From positions 105,820 through 169,819 of the forward strand of contig NMRA01000108.1 in assembly GCA_002633005.1 (NCBI GenBank): DNA of 64,000 bases, given 5' to 3'. Under the pieces are notes generated by a model. It was given only the letters and a program-made list of their open reading frames with translations, was not told the origin of the DNA and did no database searches. This DNA is from Phoronis australis (lineage: Eukaryota; Animalia; Phoronida). A program made the translations under genes and the position numbers. Position 1 is the stretch's first letter. Each line of letters begins with the position of its first letter. Below, piece by piece: positions 25,642 to 45,610 of this stretch.

Positions 25642-27048
25642 AAAAGGGCCCAAGTACAATTGCAGCAGTGCGCCCCCTGGGTGCATCTTTTAAAACACAA
25701 ACTGACAAAAATGCAAGATTTTTGTCACCTCACAGCCAGTTGGATAAACCGCGACTTAGGACTTAAGGTTTCTGTTTCATGTTACCACTGAATAAGTCTG
25801 CTGGCCACAACTTTTTGGAAAAGGGCACACTTTTTATCATCAGGTGCGCCAAAGGGCACAGGTTCAAACTTCGTCAGGAATATCTCTCATCTACACATGC
25901 ATTCAAAAGGCACACAGTATGGTCATAGAAATACAACCAATACTCAGAACTTGACAATTCAGACAATTATAAGATAATATCTGTCGTCTGTGTCGAACTG
26001 TCGGACTCGAAAGCAGGAACCACCCAGCACGGGAACTACTGCACAAAACATGACGGGGTAAGACACTTTAAGAGGTCGGGCTCATGAACAAATGAATTTT
26101 ACGGCGTGTTCTCTTGACTGGTCGTACTAAGTGAGAAAACACAAGAAACGTTCTTACCATAGTAGTAAAAACTAGTATTAAGATGTCTATTGTAATGTTT
26201 GTGGTAGTTACCTTTTACGAATATGGCGCCATATTGTCAACAACACCCTCTTACGAGAGGAAGTTGAACTGTTTTAACGTTTTGCTCAAATAAGTTTAGT
26301 GTGCTGGCTTGTGTGTTTTGAAATGGGTGATCGTGGGGCCAGTAAGGTTTCTGTTATTGTCCATCGACTTTGGAACTATACAGATTACTTAGTTTTCTTA
26401 TTTCCTTTTTAATAATAATTCAAATTTGTCTAGCAGAAAAACGCCACCTCTACTTGGATACAAATCTTCCGATCGATCGTTTGATTCCCGGGGATAATGA
26501 AAAATGAATATGACGAGCAAGGTTGAACTGTACTACACGAATATATCCGATATTTATTCGAATCCTTTAGAATTAAGGACAAGGTAATACAAGAATTTTT
26601 AAAACATTTCAGTTTATTTTAAAAATACTAATTTCTAAAATTCAAGTTAAAAGATGACAAAATTTTTGAAACGGTCAAATTATTATGAGTGGATGACATT
26701 GCTACCACCTTACAAACACGTTAATACATTGGTTTTTTACTGCTTGCTTGAAATTCGCTCTAGTACGCGGGCACCGTTTTCCTAGGGGTAAGCAAAGTTG
26801 TCGAACGCTCGACTGCATCAGTCACGGTTAAAGGCATGTAGCTGATTTTAGTGCATGGCTTTCACTCTTTAGCGCCTCAGTGCTGTTAGGAAAATTATCT
26901 GTGTAAACGCGACCGTTAGAAACATTAAGTGGATTTAGTGAAATACAGGGAGAGTGCCACCAATCCCGAATGTCACGTCTTCGGGCTCATTCCAGGGACT
27001 TGTCCAACAAATCGCTGTCTTAGCCAATCAAATATGCGGTGCCACCAA

Positions 27049-27301
27049 CATGGGTGCACTCAGCCCAGTTTAATATGGGGGGCTCGAATTTCTGAAGATG
27101 TGGACCTTTTACTAAATTTACTAACAAAAAAGCGTTAGGACTAAAAAAAACGGGTCACCACTTTCAGAGTTGCGAATAACCTGATGCGCCTTTTTAGTGG
27201 ACTTTTGTCTCGTTTTCTCGGACTTTTTGTTTCTCTGAGGCGGACCATTTTGCCCACTTTGTTCGAGCCCCCGAGCCCCGCCCCCTGGGAGAGCGCGCAT
27301 G
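27049..27301. mobile_element. MITE, hAT-like with 5-bp TSD
   Basis: CATGGGTGCACTCAG...GGGAGAGCGCGCATG termini; perfect TSD ACCAA (27044-27048 and 27302-27306). Confidence 0.7.
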
Positions 27302-27369
27302 ACCAATCTTTTGGAACCACTACTAATCCATTCTAACACCCAATTTCTACTTTAACTGGTTCCAACACG

Positions 27370-27697
27370 TACAAAGTACCCCAACATAACTCTCGAAAGT
27401 TTCCTGTGACCAGCTATTTTCAAGGGCTGCTTAATCGGAAGTTGTTTTCAAAATGGCGCATTTTCATCGTTTTCAATCGTGCTGGGAGTTTATTTTGAAA
27501 AGGAAGAGCAAATTTTTGCATGTGGATTCTTTGATGTATACTTCTTCAAATGAACACTTAAGTTTCATTCTCAAAACTGACTGAAGACTCTCAGTTTTGT
27601 CGGTCGTATCACGTACTCGGAAGTTGCATGTGTTCGTTATCGTCGTTGCCTTTTCAGTTTATTTCGGCAAGTGTCGCTCCTTCGAGCGCTTTCATTT
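27370..27697 (+). mobile_element. 3' half of a HINE-like element
   Basis: ttgcatgtggattct..ttcaaatgaac aligns with ~23265-23310; ends with subTIR-like atttcggcaagt, a gctc..gagc hairpin and a T-run. Confidence 0.55.
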
Positions 27698-30600
27698 TAT
27701 CTGTTTATGTGACCGTAAGAAACGCTTGTGCGTCTACAGCAAGAATTCGTAACCGGACGTATCTTCCCTTTGAAGGTGACGGGAGGTCCCCGAAGGTCTA
27801 GGACATGTTTATCAAGTAAATCCTGTTGAAATGATTCAATTCACTCCGCAATTGATACTGGAGGTATCACGACTTGCCTTTTATTTATCGTCAGATAGTG
27901 TTTGCGGGTGTTCTAATATGACAGCTGATCGACTGTTGGAGTCGTTTTATTTGACATGAAATTGGCGATTTTAAGCTCTTTAGTTAAAGTTTGACAGTGA
28001 TTCATTTACAAGTAGTTTTAAGAAGAATCAGTGGGTAACATTTTTGAATTATGCTGTACTTCGACTTTCTTTCATGGATGTGTTTTTGGTAAAAATCGGC
28101 GATAGCAGCGACGACTGTTGAGTCAGTGACCTTACTCGCATGCCTAGCTTGCATAGAATGTAATTTTGGAGTTCAGGCATGATGTCCAAACAACAAAACA
28201 TATTTCTTTTTTTATTTTTGGGTACTCACCCATCATTATATTTGATAAGTGTCGATTTTGCGATGAGTTTTTATTTTACAGAAAGTTTTACAGGTGTTAC
28301 TTAATTTAGTGAAGAAGAAACTTTTTGACTTAGATAGTCGGCATGTAGAACTTATTTCACAACAAACCAAAGGAAACATAGTCAATATCTTTTGGGTGGT
28401 CGTTAACTTACGATTGGCGCTTTTTGTAATAGATAATTTTGCATTCTTACGACTATTAAAAGTCGGTGACCCACCAATTTTTGTTTCATAACACCATACT
28501 TTTGTGTAGAAGCGAAATCGCTAAAATTCGAAGCACTCAAAATCCTGACAAACGGTTTACTTACGCCGACCTAAGAAACCAATAAGCCTGAAAACTACAA
28601 TTAAAGCAAAACTGACATCGTACAATAAAATTTATTTCCTTTCACAGGACTTCAACCATTAATTTAATTGGAGGCGTTTTTTCAATAATCTAAGAAAATG
28701 TCTCTTTGATGTCAGAAGGGAAATAGTTTTGGCCGTTGTAACAGAAAATGTAATTGGCGGGCAACACCAAGCTTATCGAACTGGTAGTCACGGGAGTTGA
28801 CTTGATTTCAAGGAATAATAGGTAGCCAACGGTAAGAAGTATGGATTATAAATTAAATAAATTAAGTACACCACAGCTGATTTTGTTGCTCTGGTAACAG
28901 CAAATAAACAAATTCCACCCCCATAGACTCAAAAATGCGTTTCTAGGCCCTAAACCCGAATGTGCATCTTTATTTGGGAATTCGGTGCTCATCTTTTCAC
29001 TCTATGACATTGCTAGGAACTAAGAGGAATATGCCTTATTATGCCCAGAGGAAAAAAATAATATTTCAGTATTGTTCTCCCCAAAATCGTTACTTCTGAC
29101 TTGCCCCTATTCTATAGTGGACAAGACTTCTCTTGCAATGAAGATTCCTGAAATGTCGGCCATTACCAACAAGATTTTTTTCTAATTTGCATTCGCCTGA
29201 GGGTTACCTCTATTTCTGTCAGAAATATTTCACACTGAACAAGGGTAATAACCCTAAAATGGTCGGGAATCCCGAACGCGGTAGAACAGAGCAGGCTCCA
29301 ATTTTTTGAATTTCTTCCCGTGCTGTAGCGGTAAAATTAGAGATCAAAGTAGGCGCCCAAAGCCCATCGTGTCACGTTGAGCATTGAACGTAACATGGTG
29401 CGTAGGCGCTACGTTGCAATGCCAAAATGTGGTTGGCTGCGCCTACATGTACGTGCCCCTACGCTCCACTACAGCACTGTTTCTTCCACTCATGTCAACT
29501 TGAAAGAATGTGGGGCATACGTCACAAATTGTTTTGTAATAACATGTTTTTCTGCCAAAAACGTGATTAAACGTGTCATGGTCTTTCTACAGTAACACAC
29601 GCGTTCACCACATGTTTTTACTATCGACTACATACTGTCAGATGTTCAAATGCTCCATGCATTTACTGTAAAACATGTGGTTGCTGTTGAATATTATGGT
29701 AATTTATATTTTTAAAAAGTGGAAAGAGTGTAGAGTGATTTGGTTGGCTCTAAACATAAATTCGGTTTTATCGACATTCACGATTTTAGGCATTAGAGAA
29801 CTGGGGAGCTTTTCGTGAAGTCCGTTAAATGAAAGATTACGTTAAGTATTTATAACCAGATTTAATAAAGACGAGATGTGTTTCATTATCGTTTACACGA
29901 GATATCATTATTTTAGAACAGCGTTTCCAAGTTAATTCTCCCTTCTAAATTTTTTTCTTAAATTATCCAGAATTACTCTTGGGAGGTTTTAGATTAGTGC
30001 ACTAGACTGAGGCAGGAGCTGTCTATATTGTGTGTAACCGTTTAGGCGTTAATTGGTATAAGATGACTTATAGGCCCAGGAGGATGGGGATGTGTTGCGT
30101 TTCAAGTATATTTGCTTTTGTATAGTAATCTGCGATGTAGCAATGTCAATACAATAATTACATAACATCATTGAGGAAAAGTAAGAATCGGTATTTAATA
30201 GTTAGCAAGCAGCATTCATGGAATATATGTTATATCTACTGCCAACCAATCACCCTACTAAAAGCGTGTTGCCATCTTCTAATCAGCAACAATGATGACA
30301 CGTTAGGAATTGATACGTGTTGCATTAATCATGACAATGAAGTCTACGACAGCGATGATCAAACAAGGGTCGTTATCAAAACAAAAGGCAAATATCACAC
30401 AATGCAAACATTTAAGAAACAAAAATTAGGTAGATGCAGATGACACTATCTACATTTGCAAATCCCAGTAGCGTAAAACATTTATCTGTGAAAGCAATTG
30501 TTCACCTCCGGACGTAGTTTCAAGTTCATTATCACCGAATGTGAAATTCGTTTAGGTCAAGCATGAATGCAAAGTAAAAGAGTACGAGATTTGCATGCGT

Positions 30601-31772
30601 TTCAAGTCAGGCGCTTTAACACTTTAATAGAAAAAATTTCTTTTGATTTAAAGCACGCGAAAAAACATCAAGAACCTTGTTTGCCTCGGGACAGTGCAGT
30701 ATAAAGTCTTAGGTACAACGACCATTCTCGTGGAACACGATATTTTGTCAGTGACTGATAAGCGAAATCAATGCCAATCAATAGAGCAAAGGTATACATG
30801 ACTTAAGCAGTATTTCTTAAGTCAAGACAAATTATGATGATAACTACAACTTTAGTTTTGAAAAGATAATCATTCTGTTAGATTGCAATTAAGTCCCGAG
30901 CAAATACTGATATCCAACAAGCAAAGAAAATACTGACTTTACTTTGGCAAGACATCCCCCTTAAAATATCCCTATCTCAAGATATTCGACCAGCACACGT
31001 CGAAAGACCTTAGTCTAAGCTCCAAAAATTCTACTCAACATTTTTGACCGATTACTGGACCACTGGTACAATTGGTAATCTACGACCATGAATTTTAAAT
31101 CTGATTTAAATAATTAATCGCCCAGTGTGAAGGTGGGGGGACGGGGGAGTCTATTCCTCGAACGTTCTTGAGTGCAGAAACGACCTAATACACAGTTTCA
31201 CTAGATTTGTAGCACCTATGTAAGCAATTTTCACACAGATGTTGCTCACAAAATTGTAATCAGATAACATGAATGTATAAATCTTCGGGCGATGTTGCTC
31301 AGAAGTCGGGACTTAAGAAGCGCTTGACATTCATTAGTATACCGGCATTTGAAAGGTGCAAATGAACACATAAGCAGCAATAAGGTGATCAAAGCCTTTG
31401 CAGAATATACAATATACAATATACATGCAACTTTCAAATTATCATACCAGATCAAAGAGTGGTGTTTTTGTCAAAGTATTTCTAAATTAATTTCATAGCA
31501 GTCTACCGCAAAGCTGCTGTCGCAGTTGTTCACGGAACGGTACCGTGGGAATAGTAAAATTTTCTTTGTTTGTCAAGTATGTTAGTGACATGTCGTGACA
31601 TGTATTGCAGTAGGTCTAAAGAACTCATCTTAGGGCTGAAACTTTTCGTGATGGCCACAGGGTCTGAAAACAGGATTTTAAAGCATCCGTCACCTTCTTT
31701 GATCTAAACAACCTTCTGTTGCAGCAACACGACCTGACTTCATGTAAAGATCTACCGAAGACTGCCAAACCC

Positions 31773-31780
31773 TATATAAA
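31773..31780 (+). promoter_or_regulatory. TATA box of FReD copy A
   Basis: TATATAAA 62-69 nt upstream of the ATG; identical position and context in copy B. Confidence 0.7.
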
Positions 31781-31841
31781 CAACAAATCCTCCCTTGTAT
31801 TTCACGAATCGGTTTGTTTCGTAAATTCTTGATAACCAATC

Positions 31842-38672
<6,831 letters not shown>

Positions 38673-38775
38673 ATGAATTCTGGAAACATGCAGAGGTATC
38701 AGACTTGAATATGAAAATAAACTATGCTGCCACGACGAATGTAAATGTATTTACCCTCGAATTGAGGCGATTTGT

Positions 38776-38781
38776 AATAAA
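38776..38781 (+). terminator. Candidate polyadenylation signal of FReD copy A
   Basis: AATAAA ~100 nt after the stop codon, followed by a GT/T-rich tract (tgttgtttt). Confidence 0.5.
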
Positions 38782-39394
38782 AACACAATGTTGTTTTATA
38801 CCAATGATCAAGGTTAAAAGCCTCATAAAATCTACCTCAATCAGCAATACTCCCAAAAATCAATTTTCGGTGGTAAAATGATGTTGGTCCTTGGAACGGG
38901 TCGAAATCAGGGATCATGAATAAAAAGAGCAAAGTTGAACAGAATTAGACGAATTCATCTTGGGCAAGGCTTTAACAGCATTTTAGTTTCCTAAACAGTT
39001 ATTTCTTAAGCGATGACTACAAAACTCCACGAATCAAAACTGATATGAGTGGTAGACAGTTCTACCTAATTGCCAATTAATGTCCATTCGTTACAGTTCG
39101 TTGCCTGCTTACTTTTCTATCGTTTTGCTACAGGCATAATTTAAGACGGGAAGCAAAGTTTTTGGTCACTCGATTCCATTAGCTGAAGCTTAGGTGCTGA
39201 TTTTTGCAGTGATTTCACTCTTTAGCTCCTCAATACTCTTTGTATATTTGTATCAGCATGACCTTTCAAAATATGGAATAGGCCTACATGTCAGGGAATG
39301 TGTTCTCAATTGAATGTCATGTTTTCGGTTGATTCCACTGACTTTCCCAACAAGTCCCTTGTCTTATTAAGCAAACATTTCATTCGTACGGAGT

Positions 39395-42300
39395 GTACTG
39401 TGTGTGTATTCATTATAGTGACATAAGGGTACCAGTAAATACAATATCAAAAAAATATTATTCACCACACCCTTCAGCCTCAATGGGCTTACTCAGTCAC
39501 CTAATAATAATTAAATCATTACATAACAAATTGCACAAGCTCAAATATGACCACTCCAGACTAGTTTACAAACAAACAATTACGCTAGACCTTTCAAGTT
39601 ATTTTGGAATATTTGAGGTAGGGAAGAACGCCGTAAAAATATGGTCGAATGTGAGTATATTTTTCACAATCAAAAATGAAGTGAACTTCATCTTCAATTC
39701 CTTTTTACAAACACGACAAATCCGTTCATTAACAGGAATTCCGAAGTACCGCCCCACCTCAACCTCTAATGGTAGAATACCTGCTCTCAATCGAGCTATG
39801 ACGGACCTCTGAGACACCGGCAGACGTAAATACTCTTCTACACAATAGTCATTCTTAATAGATCTATATAAGTACAGTTTTGGTTTCTCAGTGATTATTT
39901 TTAACCAATTTAACTCTTCTAACTGGAACCTGAATGTTCTGAAGTTTTCGAGAGACACAACTTGTTTGTTACTGAAATTTTCTAAAAAGTCGCACTTCTC
40001 CATAATTTTAAATATTGAATTTGACCAGTTGCAGGAGTTCCGATGTTTAAGGTCCCATAAAAAGACTTTTTTGCAATTTTATCCATTAGAACTAAACGAT
40101 TCCAGAGCCGTAGTATATTTTCCTGTTGTTTGTAGTGTGAATTTGGCCAACCCGAGTCGCCATAAAGTACTGCATTGGCAGCATACTTGTGGACCCCTAA
40201 AAATATACGTGGTGCTTTCGTTCTGATCATTTCACATTTGGAGTATTGAGAGTATCCCCAAATTCCAGATCCATATTCTAGAATTGAAGCTACGGACATT
40301 TCAAAACATTTACTGTAACTGTTGAAACCCATGTTAACAATATGTTTGTACTTGCTCACCAGAGCTCCCAACGCTCTGGACGCAGAGTCTGCCAGTACCT
40401 CAGCTGTCAAACTGAAATCCATAAACTCATTCAGAGTTACACCCAAATACTTCTAACATTCATTTAAATTCACAATGCGATCGCACAAAATGAATTCAAA
40501 ACTCGCTCTTACATGTCCCCTCTTGCGAAAATGAACCACATCAGGTCTTGGAAAATTTTACAGACATTTGCCACCTTGTACACCAATTACTCAATACATT
40601 CAGTAAATCCTGTAAATAGGCTTCATTACCAGAAAAAATCACAATGTCATCTGCTTACAACAGACATGATAAATTACATCCATCAAAATTGATACCTTTG
40701 CTACAACTGTTCAAATCATTAATCAAATCATTTTTGAAAATTGAAAACAATGTAGGCGACAATGGATCTCCCTGCCTGACCCCTCTCTGTACTGGAAACC
40801 AGTTGGTATAACTTGACAGACCTAATTGTACACAGGCTTCTGTCTGCGCATACAACGATTTTACTGAATGGTAGAATTTTCCACCCACGCCTAAATTAAT
40901 TAATTTTTTCAATAAGAAGTTTCTATCTAAATTGTCAAAAGCCCGTTCCATATCGACGAATATCGCAAACGTTGGTCTGTTACAAGCTATTCTATTTCTA
41001 ACAATAGACGTTAGTGTAAACACGTGGTCAAGACAAGACCTCACCTGTCGGAAACAAGTTGTTCTTCATTCAGTCTGTGTTCGACATTCAGAAACTCGGT
41101 TAATCTCTTGTTTAGTACATTACAATACACTTTGCTCGCGGTGGAGAGTAGACTTATGCCTCTATAGTTGGACGGTATATTATAAATTCAAATCTCTATC
41201 TGACCCTTTCGGTATAGGGGTGATAATCGCTTTATACCATTATGATGGGGGTAAATCCAGTGTCAAAGACCTTCTTAAAGAGCGAGACCAAAATATTAAC
41301 CATCTCTGGAGATCTCAGCACTTCGTATGGGATACCGTCTATACCAGTGGCCTTACGTGATTTTAATTTGCGTATATTAGAATAGACTTCAAAAAACGAG
41401 AAAAAAAATTCCAGTACTTCTTTTACATGACACGAAAGTTCAGAATATTGCTTTGCTTTCTCTAAATCATCTATGTTTTGCCTTTCAGCCATTGGAATTT
41501 TCGCAAACAAATCTCTGAAATTGTCCTCCCATCTTTCTGAGGGAATAGTATTTTCATGTCTCTTCTTGAGCTGAGGTCCCAAGTTCTTGAGTTCCTTCCA
41601 AAAACATTGGGGTCATTTTCACATTTGATTTATTTTTCAAATACTGCCTTTTTAAAAACCTGAATCTTTTGTCAAAGTAATATCTAGAGTTCTTGTATTC
41701 ATACAGTCGCTACCTTTGACGTTTATTATTTTTTTCTTTGAGAAATACTTTTTCTTTTTTGGCCACATTTTTCCAAAGCTGCGTTAATTCATCATTCCAA
41801 AAGGGCTTGTTTGCCTTAAATCTTTTTTCAAGATTTTTATTACAACTTTGAGTACATTTTAAATGCAATTCCATTTCTGTTTTATAATTTCGAAAAGGGA
41901 ATTATAGATCTCATCGACTTCATATTGTCTTCGACACTCATTTTCTAATATCAAAAGCAACTCTCCAATCGCCCTTTTAAAAATCTCATTGTCCATGAAT
42001 TCATTAGGGGTATAATTTAATTTAAACCGCTTTCTAAATCGCATATCAAAGGAGTAATCCGTACCGTGATCCTCTACAGTTTCGTCACTGATATTCACTG
42101 GAACGTGTAGCATAATTTCTAATAACAATACACTGTGATCAGGCAGTTTTGACTTTTCCGACAACAAACCCTGTAAATGATGTTTGTCAACTACCTCTGT
42201 ACAGGCATGGACCTCAAATTTAAGACAAGACTGCAGCGACTCATGTGGGACCATAAAGTAATCTACAACCGCTCTTCCTCTATGACTTATTGAGGTGAAG

Positions 42301-43770
42301 TTATCTTTACTTATCTCTTTCCTACCATTCACTATGCAAGTTTTAGACCCTAACAAAAAATCAATCAAACTTCTACCATGACTATTTACAGCTTTATCAA
42401 TTACGACTCGTTTATTTACTTGACAATCAACATCTGGAATGTAATCATTCAAGTTACCCACTCTCGAGTTAAAATCTCCACATATAACAACGTCATCTGC
42501 TATTTCTGCATGTAAATATAACTGGCATAATAGATGACTATAGAAACTATCCGCATCACAACCCCTTGAAGAATTCTCAGGTGGTAAGTAGCAACAAAAT
42601 ACAATTATACAATAGTCTGAGCGTATATGAGTTAGTCTTAAAGCTAATATACCATCACACGACTTGTCAACAATATCGATTTTAAATGTTTTAAACAAAT
42701 CATTTTTAACAAATATTCCCACCCCACCTGAACCTCTTGGGGCCCGCTTGTTTATAAGCTGCCTATTATGTCCGTACCAACAATAACCAGGCAAAGTAAT
42801 AGATTTATTTGCATACAAATGAGTTTCTACCACCCCTATGATGTGGGCGTTGAATGAAGACAGCAATTGTTCACGGAGCAATGAATTGTTGCTAGTCCAA
42901 CCACCGACATTGGCCTCGCAAATCCTCAAAACGCTGTCCTATTCTGCATCACGACTTGTTTTGTTTCCCGAGTCAGCCTCCTCACTTGTGGCCACTTTCA
43001 CAATTCGACCATTTGAGCGGATCTTGAATTCCTTGTTGTTCGGCAAAGTTTCAATGATTGTTTTGAAATTGATTTCAATTAACCTGTCCGTGTGAGATTT
43101 GCTTCCACGAAGAAAAACTCGTTGAAATATAGGCGTGCCCTTTAACTTTTGCTTGTTCCGCAACACTAGAATTTTTTGAGCCAGTGACTCAACCGCAAAT
43201 TTGACCAAGGGAGGTCTAGTATCCCCCTGTCGAGCATTCAGACGGGTGCAGTCCAGCAAGGTCACATCTGAAGACAGGCCCATGCTACATAACAATTCCT
43301 CAATCACTTAGCGTAAAGGTCGGGTTGCGTTGACAATGCCTCATGCGATAATACACAAGTCATTGTTTTTCAAAGGGTCGTTCTGAATGACTAAATCTGA
43401 ACCATACGTTTAATGCTTCTCCAATGCGTTGACGCGATTTTCAAGACGTGCAAAATCCATATCAATATCCGCCTTGAAGGATTTTAGCTTGATATCAATT
43501 GAATTTGTAATCTCATTGCGTATTTTATCCATTTGCCCATCTTGTGCAGACTTTAGATCTCGGATTTCTTTCAATATGAGTTTAGATATCTCACCTTGAT
43601 GATCACGTGGAGCTGGGGAGGTCGGCATGCTTGATATAGCTTCACTAATTGTAGGTTAAGAATTAGACTTTTTGCTACCTTTATCACCTGAACGGTTCTT
43701 GTGGAGCCACAACCAATCCATTGTCATATTGCCTGTCTACTCTAATTCTCCCTAACATTGTCAATCACAA
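39395..43770 (-). mobile_element. Near-full-length RTEX-like non-LTR retrotransposon, with stops and frameshifts
   Basis: ORF1 ~43727-42939 (coiled coil; RPPLVKF..VLRNKQKLK..VFLRGSKSH). ORF2 ~42929-39600: APE (ETHL, GGVGIFV, CYLPP, GDFNSR, IVNGR, VVDY, DH), RT (KATGIDGI, YRGISLLS, FVDMERAFD, GVRQGDPLSPTLF, *ADD) and a C-terminal LPLEVEVGRY..ERICRVC..EDEVHF cysteine motif. Confidence 0.88.
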
Positions 43771-44837
43771 CAGTATTAGGCTCAAAAAAGATCACTACCA
43801 ATGATCATTTGAATCGAACCGATAATGACAAGCTTAAAATTTTTAACAGTGTATCTGTAACACGTGGAAAAGGAGGTGCTGTACCGACAAAAGTCATTTA
43901 TCTGTTTGTGTAACCATGAAAAGTGTTTCACCGCATGGTTGTATGGTAGCAGAATAATGGAGAATTTTAAACAAGCAATACACCTGTAAATCGGTAAAAA
44001 ACCAACACCAAATGTTTTAAAGTGATGAAAACGTATTTTGATCATAAAAACAGTTACCTGGCCAGCAAGTCTGCAACCAGCCAAAGGGTGGCGCATATCA
44101 CAAATATAAGCAAGCATTCAAACCGTGACGAACCAACAGTAGTTGTTTGAAGATGATTGAGATGCAGTTTCTATTTTTAGTATAGTTTGGCAGTGATTTT
44201 TTGGAAACAGTGTTCAGAAGCAAAACGTGGTAACATTGTTGGCTTAGTCTGCACTTCGACTTTACTAAGTGGAGGTGTTTTTCGTATAAATTTTATCAAA
44301 AATCGGTAACGCCAGTAACGGCTGTTCAGTCATGTGAACTTCAGGAAATGTCAGTTTACACAGAATGTAATTTTGGAGTTCAATCATTATGTCCATAACA
44401 TCAAACATAACTTTTTAATTTTTAGCACTCATTGCTATATTTGAAAAGCGTCGAAGATGTCCCACTAAACAAAAGAATAGTAAAGACAATATGTGTGACA
44501 TAGTTCAAGCAGCAACTTTGCGTCTAGAAAAGAAGAAATTCCACGATAACCAAAACAACACATAGTTACCATAGTTTAAATGATCATTAGCATTGAATTG
44601 GTGGAATGGCGCTGGCACGTAATTCGAATGTCTTTATCAATTTGTTTCTTAACGTTTCATCATGAGTGTTAAGGCGTTCACTCAAACAAATCCTTTCAAA
44701 ACAGAACAAACAGGCTTCAGACGACCTGTTGCACACTAATTTTGCAAAAAAATACCTGTTCAATTAAAAAAATCATTACAATTAATAATTAGATTAATAC
44801 TACTTTCATGAAACTTTGGATGCAAATACAGTTGCAT

Positions 44838-44942
44838 CATTGTGGAATGACGTATCATTCTTCACTTACTTAAATACAGTTAATTGGATCACTGTGGAAT
44901 AACGTACAATATCATTCTTCACTTGCTTAAATACAAATAATT
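44838..44942 (+). repeat. ~52-bp tandem duplication
   Basis: tgtggaat(g/a)acgta..tcattcttcactt(a/g)cttaaataca occurs twice. Confidence 0.6.
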
Positions 44943-45610
44943 CATCTTGCAAAGAAGTTAATATAAAAAGACTCGTTTTAAAAACGAAAATGTGTGAATT
45001 GATGCTGTCTTCTTCGACCGGATAAAAAATTTACAGTGTATGTGCTGTTCCATTATCATAAAGTGAATGATTAGGTTTGCATGCGTTTTCTAGTTTGATA
45101 TAGTTTACATTAATCTTACATTTAATGGTAAAGCCATAACGCAAGAAAAGCATCGTTTCATTCATGGTTTCCAGTGGGACCTCAACAATAATAATAGCCA
45201 GGCAAATCATATGTGTTTCAGATGTAAGTTGTTATTGTTCCGAATGAAATATTTTGGAACACTGTGTGATTTGCATATAATGTGGAGTTATACATGTAAT
45301 GTCATATTTTGTAATCAATACATTCCATTCTTGTTTCCTAATACATGTATGTTAACAACGCTCCAAATTATATATCACAATATTTTCTTGAAGATGCAAA
45401 CAGATCTCTCTCATTTTGCAATCTTAGCCTCTGTCGCGGCTGCGTCATGAGCACGTGACACAACTCGTACGTATCTTACTCATTTCATTTCATCCTGATT
45501 CTGATTTCACATTTTTTCTTAATTGTAAAATACCGAAGCACCAGGTGAACACAAACCTACATGTACATCTCGGCGTCACAGTTCCCCCCACCACGCTACT
45601 GCATTTACGT

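Noticed and set aside
25700-26490. Exon 6 of a third upstream FReD copy, expected from the duplication register
   Set aside because: No fibrinogen-domain motifs are recognisable; homology to the copy A 3' flank fades at ~26490.
31500-31770. NF-kB/IRF/AP-1 sites in the FReD promoter (e.g. gtgacatgtcgtgacatg, tgacttca)
   Set aside because: Conserved between copies, but so is the surrounding sequence; short motifs cannot be called by eye.
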